DNA from: the human T2T-CHM13v2.0 reference genome, Homo sapiens
Reading direction: 5' to 3' (one strand)
Length of the DNA stretch: 64,000 nucleotides
Assembly: GCF_009914755.1 (NCBI RefSeq)
Contig: NC_060937.1
This document shows positions 14,826 to 29,205 of the stretch, piece by piece. Positions within the stretch are counted from its first letter, which is position 1; the number at the start of each line of letters is the position of its first letter. The notes beneath the pieces are model-generated. The model saw only the letters and a list, made by a program, of their open reading frames with translations, was not told the origin of the DNA and did no database searches. Position numbers and translations under genes: made by a program.

Positions 14826-14992
14826 CCTTCCCTTCCTTCCTTCCTTCCCTCCATCCCTCCCCACTCCCTCCTTCCCTCCCTCCCTCCCACCTCCCTCCTT
14901 CCCTCCCTCCCTTTCTTTCCTTTTTTGCTTTCTTTCATTGTTTTCCTGTCTTCCTCCCTCCTTCCCTCCCTGTCTCCTTCCTACCTTCTTTC
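14826..14992. repeat. (CCTT/CCCT)n polypyrimidine low-complexity tract
   Basis: Read directly. Confidence 0.9.
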
Positions 14993-16247
14993 TGTAGATT
15001 GCAACCAACAGCAGTTTATCCAAAACTTTTCAGCATGGAAATGACATAATCCAATTTGTCTTTTAATGAAAAATAAAGACTGAATAATAATCAGAACATA
15101 CAGGTTAAAGTTCCATTCTATCTCTTTCCAACTGCATGACTCTGAGTAACCCTAATTCCTTCTTCAGCAAAATAAGGATAACATCTCTGCCTATGGAGGT
15201 ACCGGTGATTGGGATTGGGGTGGTAATACACCGTTCTGCCATATTTAAAGTATAATAAAGCAAATGATGTGTGTTGTCCCATTCAAATAATTTATTAGTC
15301 TAAATCTTTAGAAAAGCCTAACTTTAAGACAGTCAGAATCAACTGTGTCCCAACAGAAAAGAACCAAAGTCTCACGCATATCCTTGATGCTGAATCAAAA
15401 GTCTCCAATAGGTTGCAGCTTTTTTGAGGTTCCTTAGGAAGCAAGAGCCAATCCCAGGTGCACCTGTGAAGTCAGAGAAAGGGAACTTGGCAGAGGTGGT
15501 GATGGGGGGATGTCTGGCCCCTTGATGGCAGTTGTGCCTGATTTGCAAAGTCTGATTTTGTGCCTAAGGGTAATGCAGTGACCATGGGGAAACCTACCTC
15601 CATTGGACATTTTTCCAAATAGAAGCATTTGCTGTGTTTCACTTTATTAATATTACATCACTTTAAAAAGTCTTCATCAGGCCCTTCAGTGGAATTTGGA
15701 CAGTGGCTTTCGTGTTCGTACCTCTCAAAACACTTAACATAGGACAAGCATTACATATTTAAGTAATTATCTTAGTGTGCAGAATGCGGAAGTCGGGTAT
15801 TGAAGTTCAGTATTCCAACATGGACACTAAAAGTGTTTATAGTGATGTTGAAAATATCACTATAGTGTTTCTTATCACTCAAGTGTTTCTTATTTTTTCC
15901 AAAGCTGTAAGATTGCCTTAATTTATTTAAATGTAATCATTCAGAAAACTCCTGAAACATGAACTCATTGCTTTCTCATGACAGGCAATACTATAATGAC
16001 AAGTTATTTGATCTATGACATCAAAAATTCTTTATAAATATGTTTGAATGCAACAAATTATTGTTACCACTTGACATTTTCCTTTTTGTTTGACATTGTT
16101 GTGGCAAAATTTGGTGAATATTATATAGGCTACAAATTTTATTAAAGATTATTATTATTTTAAATGTCATGAATGTTTGATCTGATGTTTTATTATTTTC
16201 TCCAAATGTTTTATTCAGTATATTCAGTACATGTTATCAGAAAATAA

Positions 16248-16472
<225 letters not shown>

Positions 16473-18166
16473 TAGGCTGTATCAACTTTCTGGGAGGAAT
16501 GGATTTAAAATATGAAAATGAAGTAGGGTTAAGAACTGGAAAATAGAATATAAACCATGAAACTCCCCTGCAAGTATTATTGTCAGCATATGATTGCTTC
16601 AGTTAAAGAATTGGAATTCTATTCACTCCTTGTTGACTTTTCCGAAATTTTATGGAGTGTTAATCTAAAAGAACTGGTCCAAAATTAGTCTTATACTGAG
16701 CAGAAGAAGGCAATAGATTCTCTACCAATATTTTTAATTAAAAAATTATTCTGGAAACTAAGAAATGTGAAGGAAAATAATATTAAAGAAATGATAAGTG
16801 CCAGACTGGCTTCAGGTATTTTAAGTACATCAATGAGTGCCACATTTAGAAAGTGGCTTGATTGCAGGTACAAAAGCTGAGGATCACGCAAGTATTTTCT
16901 CTCACAAATAAAAGAAGACAAAGGCGTCTGGGAATAACTGATGGGAAGACTCAGACCAACTATTCCTGAGGGCCTCCCACAGGGCTGGGAAAAGCATGTT
17001 TGTTTAGTCTAATTAGAGGCGTGGGAGAACCATCATGATGCTGAAATGCTGGGAAGCAGTTGAAGACCTGGGAGTGGGGTGCAAGGTGAGCCGAAGCAAG
17101 GAAGCCCACACTTGAAGCTTGGCTCATGGGGACATAAGGGTACCCACATTGTTCAGAGAAGGCAGCTAAGAAGTCAAGTTGTGCTTCTGACTGCCTTCTC
17201 AAATTACAGGGCAAGAAACTGAGTCGTGGCCCCACCAAGGCCTTGGGGTGGGGCCTTCAAGTGTTCTTCCCAAGAGTCAGAGTGAACCAGAACCAAGAAC
17301 CATGTTGAGTTGCCCAGATGTAACCAGGCCTACAGGTACCTGGGAGAAACACGTGTACATTTTCCCCAAAGGGCAGTAATAGCATCCTAGGCTTCAAAAC
17401 ATTCATAGAAACCATTTTTCAAATGCAAAGTCCAACACAGTTAGAAATAACCAGGCATAGGAGCACACAAAATAAGATAAAAAATTAAAAGCAGAGACGG
17501 CAGCCAATTGCAATATGTCCACAGGGATTCAAAAGGTTGGAATTCAAAGACACATGCCTTAAAATAAGTATGTTTACTCAGCCCCCCACGAAATAAAACA
17601 ACGAGAATTTCAGCAGAAATAGGAAACTATAAGGAAATCGTCAAATGGAAATTCTGAAATTGGAAAATGCAGTAATAAAATTGAGTACAACAGAGGATAA
17701 AGTTAAATTTAATTAGATATAGTTGTTTAAAAACAAAACAAATAAAAAATAACTGGAGAAGTGGAAGATAACTCAGAAAATCCCCAGAATGAAACAGATT
17801 GAAGCAAAAGAGAAGAATGGAAACTCCAGACAATGGTTTAGAGATATAAAGGGCAATGAGAAGGATGATTGAAGTCTTAGGGAAAGAAGAGGGAGCGCAT
17901 GAGCAGAAGAAAGACTTGGTGAGAAATGTTAGAGCATCTCCCAATGCTGACGAAAGAGCACCAGGAAACAGATTTAAGTTGGCAGATTTTTATAACATTC
18001 AACATACATTCTTCACGGGATCCAGCAATCTGACTCCTCAGTATCTTCCCAAGAGAAATGACAGCAGTGTCCACACAAACACCTGTATGCAAATGCATAT
18101 GGTGACATTATTCATAATCACATAAAACTGGAAATAAATTCAGTGTCTTTCAACTGATGACTGGCT

Positions 18167-18666
18167 TGTATTAGTGATCCATCACTGTGCAAAATATTAC
18201 TCCCAAAACTTGGAGGCTTATATAAGAAATGGTTATTATTTCATAGTTTCTGTGGGCCAGGAAGCTGTGTGTGGCTTAGCAGGATGCCTTTGGTTTAAGG
18301 TCCCCCATGAGACAGCAATCAAGCTGTCAGCCAAGACCACAGTCATCTTGAGACTTGAGTGAAGGCTGATCCATTTTCAAGGTCACTCACGTGGCTATTG
18401 GCAGGCCACAGAAGGTTCACATCCAAGTCAACTCACATGGGCAGCCTCCCAGCACAGCAGCTCTCCCCACATCCCTGAGCAAGCAATCCAAGAGAGAGCA
18501 CCCCAGATGGAGGCTGCAGTCTTCACATAACCCAGTCTTGAAAATGACACCCCAGCACTCTGTCACGTTTGATTGAGTCACTAAATCCAGGCCACACTCA
18601 ATGGGTGGGGAGTCCGTGAGTGCCTGGAGGTGGGCTCACCAGCATCTCACAGGCTGAACTAGCACA
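18167..18666 (-). mobile_element. MLT1 (F/G/H-like) MaLR solo LTR
   Basis: TG...CA ends; tcccaaaacttggaggctta...tcatagtttctgtgggccaggaa motifs; 5-bp TSD tggct/tggat; splits an L1M 3' end. Confidence 0.8.
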
Positions 18667-19652
18667 TGGATGAAGCCTGCAATAAATAAGAGTGATCAAC
18701 TATAATGAGCATCATAAAAAAAAGGGATGGCTAAAGCATTGTGTTGAGGTTAAAAAAAAAAATCAAAAGACTAAGTGTGATCCTGCTTATGTAACATTTG
18801 GGGAAAAGCAAAGCTGGAGACAGAAAACAGCTGAGTGGTTGCTGGAGGCTGGGCGTAATGGCAGGAGATGAAGTTCAGAAGGACATGTGGTGTTATAGAC
18901 AACCTGGAGTGCTCATGTCTGCAGATGCACAGATGTGTATGTCTAAAAAAGGTGAATCTCACTGTCTCTAAATTACACCATAATCAATCCAACGTTTGTA
19001 AAAATGAAACAGAAACCTTTGCAAAGCCTAAGTAGGATACATAAAACTTTCCTAGGTGTATCATAGTAAAACACCTATAAAATAAAGACCGAGAATTAAT
19101 TTTAAAAGCAGTTAGAGGTAAAAATATGTACTATCTTCGAAAAGTAGCAACTGAAGTCCAAAGACAATGAAATAACATAGTTAACATGCTCAAATAAAAT
19201 AACTGCCCCCCAAAAATTCCTGTAATAATGAAAGGGAGTTAAGGATATTTTTAGGAAAAAAAATAAAAATGAAAGGAATTAAACACTGACAGACTCAGAA
19301 TGCTTAGAGATAAAGGAAAGAATAAAGAATAACTAAAAAGGCAGTAAAATTTGGAGGGGTAAAATAATATTTAATATTATACACTGATAAACCTACCTTG
19401 CCAGTTGTAACCTCAAAGGTAACCCCTGAAAGAATATTAGTGGGGTAGATAATATCCAAACTAGTAAAGAGAGAAAAATAAAATCATAAAAAGTCAACTC
19501 AAAAGATGCAAAAAGGGGATAAAATAGGAAAAATAGGGCAAGGAGAAAGTTCTGAGACAGTAGATATGAAAACACATGTGAAAATAAACTTTATTTAATT
19601 ATAATAAACTTTAAAAGACTTATTTAATGTAAACTTATATGAAAAATGATTA

Positions 19653-20127
<475 letters not shown>

Positions 20128-20239
20128 TCAATGTATTCAAGAAGAAATCACAAAATAAATTAAAAAGCAAAATATTTTAACTAATGACAATGCAAATATG
20201 ACAACAGAACTTTTAGGACATGTCTAATGTCTTTTGTGT

Positions 20240-20567
20240 ATGAGTGGAAGGGGCTCGGGTACAGTGTCGGTATGGTCAATATGTGGCTGTATGGCATCGT
20301 GGCCATGGCTGGGCTTTTAGTGTCCACATCAACTGAATAGTATATATTGTCCTGATTAAGTCGTTTCATATGCTTCATTCCATCCCATCCTCCCACCTTG
20401 CCACCCTTCTGAGTCTCCAGTGTCTATTATTCCACACTCTGTGCCCAAGTGTACACGTTATTTAGCTCCCACTTATAAGTGAGAACATGTAGCATTTTTC
20501 TTTCTGTGTCTTAGTTATTTCACCTAAGATAATGGCCTCCAGTTCCATCCATGTTACTGCAAAAGAT
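20240..20567 (-). mobile_element. L1PB/L1MA-type 3' UTR fragment
   Basis: tttagctcccacttataagtgagaacatg...ataatggcctccagttccatccatgtt. Confidence 0.8.
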
Positions 20568-23500
20568 CTCTTAAGAAATGGAAATGTATGGCTTCAAACC
20601 TTTGCATCACAAGAGAACAAATACGATGAGTGTTAAAAGTGTCTAGAAATTAGAAACAGAACAAAAACTAAATACTACGAAAATGGAAGGAAAGATATGA
20701 TAGTGATAATAAGAACATAAGTTATTGAAATATAAAACAAATAAAATAATGTGAAGGGATAGAAAGGAAGGAAAGAGAAAGTTGTTTATCTTTTAAAAAA
20801 TTATCTTTGAAAACAATAAGATTGAAAATTTTCTTGCAAGGGGATAGAGAAATAGAGAAAATTGGCACAAATAACAGATTTTAGACTGAAAAGGGGACAT
20901 CAATACAGATCTGGCTGAAATTAAAAATAGTAAGAGAATATTACAAACAGTTTTACACCAAGATAAATTTACAAATTTACATAAACAAATACATTCTTAA
21001 AAAAAAAAGAACTAACGAAAATGGACAAAAGAAGTAGGAAAGCTAAATAACACCGTAAATGTTAAATTAATGGAATTTGTAATTGAATGCCTTCCTACAA
21101 GGAAAATTCCAGAATCAGATGGTTTCTCCACTAAATGTTTCCAAAATTCTAAGGATTAAATAACTCCAATGTCACGTACACGCTTTCAGAGAATAGGAAG
21201 GAAGGAGAAAGAAAATAATATTACTCCAGCTTGCATAATTAGCCACTTAATTTATGACAAAATTGGCATGTGAGAGCACTGGGGAAGAATAATTGATTGC
21301 TATCCATGTGGAGCAAACAGTGAAACTCGACTCTGCCTAATGCTATACACACAACAATTCCTGATGGATTATAGATCTGTATGTCAAATGTCAAATCATA
21401 AAATGGATAGAAGAAACAATAGGAGAGTATCTTTCTTACTTCATAAAAGGAAAGAAGGGCTTGTTAAGCAAGACACAAAAGTTTTAACCATAAAGAAAAA
21501 AGAAAAAAAAAACATAAATAGGGAGAAAATATTTTTAACACATTTACCCAACAAAGGCTAATATTCAACGTTTATTTAAATTAAAAACAAAAGACAGCTG
21601 AAAAGAAAATTGGACAGAATATGTGAATACCACTTAGAAAAACAATTTTAATGGAGTCCAACCTCATTAGTAACTAGAGAAATGTAACTGAAGACTCCAG
21701 GGCAATACTACTACACACACTCTAGAATTACAGACCCGCCTGAAAAGGAAGAGGTGCTCGGAGAACGGACTGCCACAAAGTGAGGATGGCAATTTCATTT
21801 GGAGGGGAAGGCCAGTAGCGATTTGGAGAGATGACTACAGGAGCTTCCGCAGAGCTGCCAGTGTTCTATTTCTTTATTTTATTTGTGTGGTTGTTACAAT
21901 TCTGCAATTTAAAAAAAAAAGGAGGAAGAAAGAGATGGAGAAAGGGAACTTCTCTTCACCAAAATATTTAAGTTTTCTGTGTTTTGAGGCAAAAGGCAAA
22001 AACTACAGCTTCGGAAATGATCCTAAAAAACTTAATAATAATAATAATAAAAACGGCAAGTCATACTCTAAATATCAAAACATAACCAAAAACCAAGGAA
22101 ACAAGCAGAAACCCTCTAGACCAAAATGGAGATGTTTGTGAAATAGGATCCATGAAATTAATAATATAAATTCTTTAGGAGTATCAGGGTTCTAAACTTC
22201 AGCATGTAACACATAGTGTGTACGGCCAAAGCCTGCAACACAGATTTCTGTGTTCTCCCTTAACACACTTACAATTTTTAAAATAAAGTTGGTTCTATGC
22301 TGTCATTAAGTAAAAACCACTTGAAAATCTCAAGAGTTATGCGTGCAAAAGGAAAATTATTTCAATTGGAAATTCAATCTTTCAAAGCAACTTGACACAT
22401 TTATGCTGATCTACTCTTGTGAGCGCCATGAATTTCTGGGGGCCTGGAACTTTCCCCATGATTTTTAAAACATCCAGCACAATACCCTTTATACTTAGGC
22501 CCTGAGTAAGCATTTGCTGATTGAAACAATGTTGTTTGTTACGGAGGAACCAGTAAATCCCATACAGAGGGCAGAGTCAGAAAAACTGCCTCGTCAGTAT
22601 TATAGAAATTGAACAAACATTACACATGTGCAGAATGTGATGTATACATGAGCATGATAACTCTTAAAGCAATTATTAGTACAGGTTCATAACTTACAAA
22701 GTGCAGCCAATGCACTTTCTAAATAAGGGCACAAGATGAAAATAAATGTTTAAAATAACTTAAAGTTCTAATTGAATCAGAAACAGTGTTATTTTCTAGG
22801 AAACATTTCTCTTTTGAATGCCAGTATCTGCATGCTACCTCTGCTTCCCAGAAATAATTATCTGTTTGTTCATTTGTTGAAATATAGTTATGTGTGCGTA
22901 ATTATAGCTATCACTTACTTTAATTGCCATCCTTTTACTGATGCGAGCGCAGACTTGGATCTTTTTTTTGTATATTTAATTATTCCCTGGACTTGTGGTT
23001 ATTTATCATTAGATTAGAGAGCAGTTTTTAGTGTTAGAACATTTTAGCTTTATCAAACAAAATATTGTGAACATAAAGATGTTTATTTTGTGGGGACACA
23101 CAGATATAAAAAATTCCAACTAGGGCATTTTATGTTCAGTATTATTTTCTTTCTTGCTATTCAGTGAATACACATAATATGGCTGGGTATCAGGAAAAAT
23201 TGCAATTAAAGAATACAGACATTGCGTTTGCATTTACATTTATCATTCTGTATACGTTGTCTATTTTTAATTTGCATTATGTTCATCCTCAATGCACAAT
23301 AAGGGTTATTTGTGTTGAATAAAGGCTTCCTAAGGCAAAAGGTTGGGGGCCATCATTTGCAGGACCAGGAAATCTGCATTCTGTGCTCTGACTCCGGTGC
23401 CTTGTTGAACTTAGGCCATTAGGGCGCCAAACCACACCAGTTCTGGGAACATCTAAGAAGGGCTTCCATCAGCCGCACCTCGAAATCAATCCAAACCACC

Positions 23501-23892
23501 AGCCAAGGAGCCTTTGGTTGGAACCCATAAATATCTTTAATATGTATTTTACAACATCACTTTCTTTATGGAGATTGTACACCTTCTTTGGAACGCATAC
23601 CCTTGTCTGACTGAAAGCCTAACAGCCAGAGAAAAGGAAGCAAGCCTCACTTGACAATCTGGAATATGTTGCAATCATCTATTTTAAGCAACAGAAGTTA
23701 CCTTTGCAAAGAAAGAAAACTCCTGGGGCATCGAGTAAGCCCTGCCCCACTCATCCTTCTAGTTAAAAGCATTTTAAAGTCACATTAAATAATTTCTAAT
23801 TTGGATATTATTTAATTACATTTTCTCCACTGCAGTTGAGAAGTCAGTATTGAAAAGGAATAGATTGAAATGCTCAGTCTGGTATTTCCTTG

Positions 23893-24110
23893 CAGTGGAA
23901 TAGTGTTCCCAGTGCTTAAGGCATCATTCTGCCTGGGTTTGAAGCTCACCTCTGATGCTTATTAACTCCCCGACCATGGGCAAGTTACTTAACCTCTCTT
24001 TTTCAATTTTCTAATCTTAAAAATGGGAATAATAAGAGCACCTACTTCATGGACTGCTGTATTTTATATGATGAAATTTAGCAGAAAGTTAATACTCAAG
24101 AAATATTACC
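23893..24110 (+). mobile_element. MIR SINE
   Basis: gaccatgggcaagttacttaacctctct...aaaatgggaataataagagcacctacttcatgg. Confidence 0.85.
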
Positions 24111-24514
24111 TATACACAGTTATTCATAAAATATTATGTGTTTTAGAGCTAGAAGAGTCATGAGGGTTTATCCAACAGAAACAACAATTACATGAATGAG
24201 GTAGATGAGGTGCAAGGCAGTGAATTCGTTTCTCTGAAACCATGCAGGCTGTAATAGTAGATCAGTGCTTTATGATATTTTCTTAGACACAAATGCCCAC
24301 GTGTACAGCCAAATACACAATATTACTTTGATGGCTTGTGCTGGTATTCAGGGCAAAGACAGACATTACAATTTGGAATCTCTGGGATGAATAGAAGCAG
24401 GAATATCTGGGTGGAGTTCAGGGGAAGGGTCTATTTAATATCTAGGTTGGAGGATTCAAAATAATATGAAGGGCAGGATGGCAAGAGGAAACCCAGTGAA
24501 GAGAAAGGTGCACA

Positions 24515-26010
24515 TTAGTCAATCAAAACACTTACCAAGTGCACCTGTCACATGTAGGCATTGTGTTATGCATGGGAGCCCTATGCTACTACCTAAGCAA
24601 CACAAGATGACCTCTGTGTGTGAACAGTGAAAATACGGAGCACATTGAAAATACATACCAAGGAGACTGCAAAATAAGGCAGTCAGCAATAATGTCAAAT
24701 GAATCCCATAAATAATGATTACTCTGTTACTTTCCACATAGATAAAAGAGATGAGTCTGGTGGGCTGGGATTGCTAAGGATGCTTCATAGAGAAGGTTGG
24801 GATTTTCAAATTGAGTTTAATTCAGAAAAGAAAGGAGCACATTTCCATGAATTTGCTGCACAATGTATTGTGGCAGAAATGTGAATCAGCTTCTCTGATA
24901 GAATAGGTGAGTAAATAACAGAGGAAAGAAACAATTATGTAGGAGTCTACAGAGCCATGAATGCCAATTTAAAGAGTGTCTCGGCCGGGCGCGGTGGCTC
25001 ACGCCTGTAACCCCAGCACTTTGGGAGGCTGAGGCAGGCGGATTACAAGGTCAGGCGATCGAGACCATCCTGGCTAACACGGTGAAACCCCGTCTCTACT
25101 AAAAATGCAAAAAATTAGCCGGGCGTGGTGGTGGGCGCCTGTAGTCCCAGCTACTTGGGAGGCTGAGGCAGGAGTGAACCTGGGAGGCAGAGCTTGCAGT
25201 GAGCCGAGATCGCGCCACTGCGCTCCAGCCTGGGTGACAGAGCGAGACTCCATCTCAAAAAAAAAAAAAAAAAAAAAAAAAAGAGTATCTCTGAAAGGGT
25301 TGTCCTTGTTTTGATGCGGGGGGGGGGTACTCTCTGCTGTTTTGGAAAAGGGTACCTGATTGTACTATCCAGGGTGAACAATAGAATTGGAAACTGAGTT
25401 TGGGGGTGCCAGTTTTGAATTCATTCACTACTTAAGCCTTGGCAGGTTTTGTACATGAAGCAAGAGTATTAAAGACTGTATTGGTATAGGAGTCAAGAAG
25501 AGGAAGGTGTCAAGAACGACTCCAAGAATTTGAGGCAAATGATGGGAGAATACAGCACTCTTAAGAAGGGAAGGGCAATTCCCAAAGGAGGTTAATTCTA
25601 TAAGCGGATTTGGAGCTCAAGAGAAAAGGACTTCTGATTATGGATGATTTTTCCATAAATGATGATGACAGGTTTGGAGTTTAGGCCAGGGTTCCAGGAT
25701 AGAAAGAGAAAAGCCAGAATTTTCAAAGAAGCTGGAGACATGGTGGTTATTTATAGCATCAGAGGAACAATCATAAAGAGAAATAAGAAAAGAAATATGA
25801 CCACTAAACCACTCAGAATGCCAAAGTTTGAGAAATTTACATTGAGAAGGGGGGAAATGGAGACATACAATAGGTGCTCAAGAGATAGAAGACAGATGTC
25901 CAATTTCATGGAAATCAAGAGGGTAGTGGATTTAAAGGTGATGGAATACTTGGAAAGCTGGACAGATGTAAAAAGAGAATTCAAACCCTCTTGCCATTGA
26001 CTAAACAAGT
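24515..26010 (-). mobile_element. Degraded L2 LINE interrupted by AluY
   Basis: Reverse L2 3' end at 24515 (caaaacacttaccaagtgcacctgtcacatgtaggcattgtg) and purine-rich L2-like motifs (gtcaagaacgactccaag, tttggagctcaagagaaa). Confidence 0.55.
24983..25282 (+). mobile_element. AluY SINE
   Basis: AluY diagnostics gatcgagaccatcctggctaacacggtg and gagcttgcagtgagc; CpG-rich; A26 tail; TSD aaagagtRtctc. Confidence 0.97.
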
Positions 26011-26092
26011 TTGGGTCCCTACAAAATGACAGATTTGACTAATAGATTCTAACCGGTCAGCCATGTAAAATTCAGTGCCATACCCCCCTTGA

Positions 26093-26420
<328 letters not shown>

Positions 26421-27344
26421 CTCATTCTTTTCTTTTTATAAGAATTTACATGAACCCACTACGCTCTGCATGTAGACCTCATGGCCCCAGAGTCTGCCAC
26501 TTTTCAAAATTACTTCTTTAAAAATCACACAGAACTCCAGGGACCAGGTCTACACCACAGTGATGAGGAGGATGTCCTAAAAGCCATTCCTCTTTGTGTC
26601 CTGGAGGAAGGTTTAACTTTCAGTGCTCTGAGCAGCCTCCAATTCAGGAGGAGAGGGAGAACAGAGGCTGCTTCTTCCTGCTAAACCTTCAATCAAGGCC
26701 AAAGCCTTTTCGACTTTTGCCCACCCAAGTTTGAAGGAGCAGCAGCAGGTTCTATGGAGTGTCCACAGCATATCCATTATGCCATGGAGATCAGCTTTGG
26801 GGAATTCCTTCCCCTGAACATCTGCATGTTTTCTTTGAGCAGAAGAGCTGGCTATCTGGAGGGTAGAGTAGGGTGGACGCAGTTTCAGAAGACCTTGATT
26901 TGCTGTCATTTGGGCAAGAATGGCTTTTTGAAATAGTTTGGTATCATAATGGACCAAAAGCTCAACTTTTTGAAGCACACTATTGCCCTGGAAAGAATGT
27001 GTTCAGCAAGGGACACATGAATCTCTAAGCTGGGAATTGTTAACTCCAAGCCTGGTCTGGGGAGAAGGCTGCTACAGTAAGAGGAGCAGTGGGGGCTTCT
27101 CAGAATGTGCAGAAGCTCCTTCTCAGACAGAATTCCACCTTTTAATGAAGGCACAGATAAAGAGCTCCATCTTCACTTTAAATGTTCCTCCAACACGATT
27201 GGAGTCTTCACCCTGGTTAAAATGCGCCGTGGGATTCTCTACCCACGCAGGACTGTGGGACTTTTCTGGAGGCCTTTGCTTAGCAATGTTCCCTTTAGCT
27301 GCGTGAGAAAATCCTTGCTATGTTAAAAAAAAAAAAGTTCTTGT

Positions 27345-27530
27345 CAGTTAAGGACACATGTACAAACATTTACAGCTGAAATGACATGATTTCTGGGATT
27401 TAAGTGAAAAATGAATAAAAAATGGATAAAAATGGATAAAATTGACAGCCCCAAGGCTTGGAATGGGTGCATGGAGTTTCACTGCATATTCTCTTTATGT
27501 CTGAAATGTTTGTAATAAAAAGTTTTAAAA
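27345..27530 (+). mobile_element. L1ME-type 3' end fragment
   Basis: tgaaatgacatgatttctgggattt...atgggtgcatggagtttcactgcatattctc...taataaaaagtttt. Confidence 0.6.
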
Positions 27531-27943
27531 CTGTGTTATTTTGATAGATAGAATGAATGTTACGTAGTCTCATATCCATTACTTGGAATTCTTAATGAAA
27601 TTGAATATGTGTATTACTTATTAGCCATTCATATTTTCATATTTTTTCTCCTTTATTTTCTAAACTTATTCTTTGTCCATTTTTTAATATCTGGGATCTG
27701 TAGGATGTTTGAAGAATTAAAAAAGCCTCTTATTTAATATATTTCAATGTTCTACATTGTTCTTTTAAAATACACATTTTATTTTTAGGGCATTGTCAAT
27801 ATGTTTATTTTTAATGTTTATAGAGAGACATGAATCCGTTTTCTTTTTTTTTATTCATGGTTTGTGCGTTTGGTGTCATTTTAAAATAATTTGCCTTAAA
27901 AAGGTACTGCTTCTAATACGGCAGCTAAATAAAATATTGTGCT

Positions 27944-27946
<3 letters not shown>

Positions 27947-27991
<45 letters not shown>
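27947..27991 (+). repeat. Poly(A)45
   Basis: Read directly. Confidence 0.95.
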
Positions 27992-27993
<2 letters not shown>

Positions 27994-28499
27994 CCTCCTT
28001 TGCACCTTTGGCGCTTCCTGGCCGTCACTTTGTCCCTTCCAGTTCTCAAAATGTTACTGCGTTGGCCGTGATGAGGACCCTTGGCCTGTTTGCTACAACC
28101 TTCAAAAAATCCCCTTCCCTCTGACTTCTCGGGCCCAGTCGCTTGTCCCACCCCCTCCTCCACATGCCCGTCTCCCCCAGCACCCACTCACCTGCCTCCC
28201 TCCCCGCTGTCCTCACCTGGCCCTCCACCTGCATGCGACCACCTGCCCAAGCTGCCATATGTCCCTGTCTGTGGAGCCCTGACACAGGTTCTGGGACCCA
28301 TTCTTTCTTTAGTCAACAGTTATGAATGAAATACCTTTGAACTCATTACTTAGATAAAATGGTGTCACTTCTCTTCTGGGAAGTCTGCAGTGCTACCTAT
28401 CGTCTCCAAAGTGTGGTCACATTTCCGCGAAGCGTCCTTGTGTTTTGTTGCCTTATCACATTTGTGCTCTCAGCCAGGCATGTCCTTCTCGACTTTGTT

Positions 28500-28790
28500 C
28501 GCCCTCCACAATTCTCCTCCTCCTCGAAGGCCCAGGTCCTTTAGCAACACCACCATGAAGTTTACTCTAGTCCGTTCCATCAGAATGCATCCTTACCTTC
28601 TCCAAGACCCTGTTCAACGTGACCTGTACTCCTCTTAATCCTGAAATCATGCTGCTGTGTGTTTGGCCTCAGTGCCATTCTCACTGAATTGACTTTCTCA
28701 AGGGTGGGGACTTTTCTTCGTTCTTCCTTGTATTTCTCAGCGCCTTATGCAGCGGTTGCTCATAAATGTTTTTAACCTTAATTTAATTGA
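28500..28790 (+). mobile_element. L2 LINE 3' end (degraded)
   Basis: ctcaagggtggggacttttcttcgttcttccttgtatttctcagcgcct...gctcataaatgttt. Confidence 0.55.
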
Positions 28791-28885
28791 CTCTATGCAG
28801 TGCTCAGCAGGCTATCGATTCCGCTCTGAGCTTATACCCTTTCAACTGAGTTTCTGTTTTGATTCTGAGATCCAACTTCTAATTT

Positions 28886-29205
28886 TATGTATTTATTTAT
28901 TTATTTATTATTTATTTATTTATGTTGAGATGGAGTCTCACTCTGTCACCCAGGCTGGGGTGCAATGGAGCAACCTTGGCTCACTGCAACTCTCCCTCCC
29001 AGGTTCAAGCGATTCTCCTGCCTCAGCCTCCCGAGTAGCTGAGACTACAGGTGTGCACCACCGTGCCCGGGTAATTTTGTATTTTTAGTAGAGATGGGAT
29101 TTCACCGTGTTGGCTGGGCTGGTCTCGATCTCCTGACCTCAGGTGATCCGCCACCTTAGCCTCCCAAAGTACTGGGATTACAGGCGTGAGCCAGTGCACC
29201 CAGCC
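28886..29205 (-). mobile_element. AluSx/Sz-type SINE with (TTTA)n tail
   Basis: Full reverse Alu; TSD ccRacttctaattt. Confidence 0.96.

Noticed and set aside
14514-15049. ORFs with GGKE/PSLP repeats
   Set aside because: Translations of the (CCTT)n tract.
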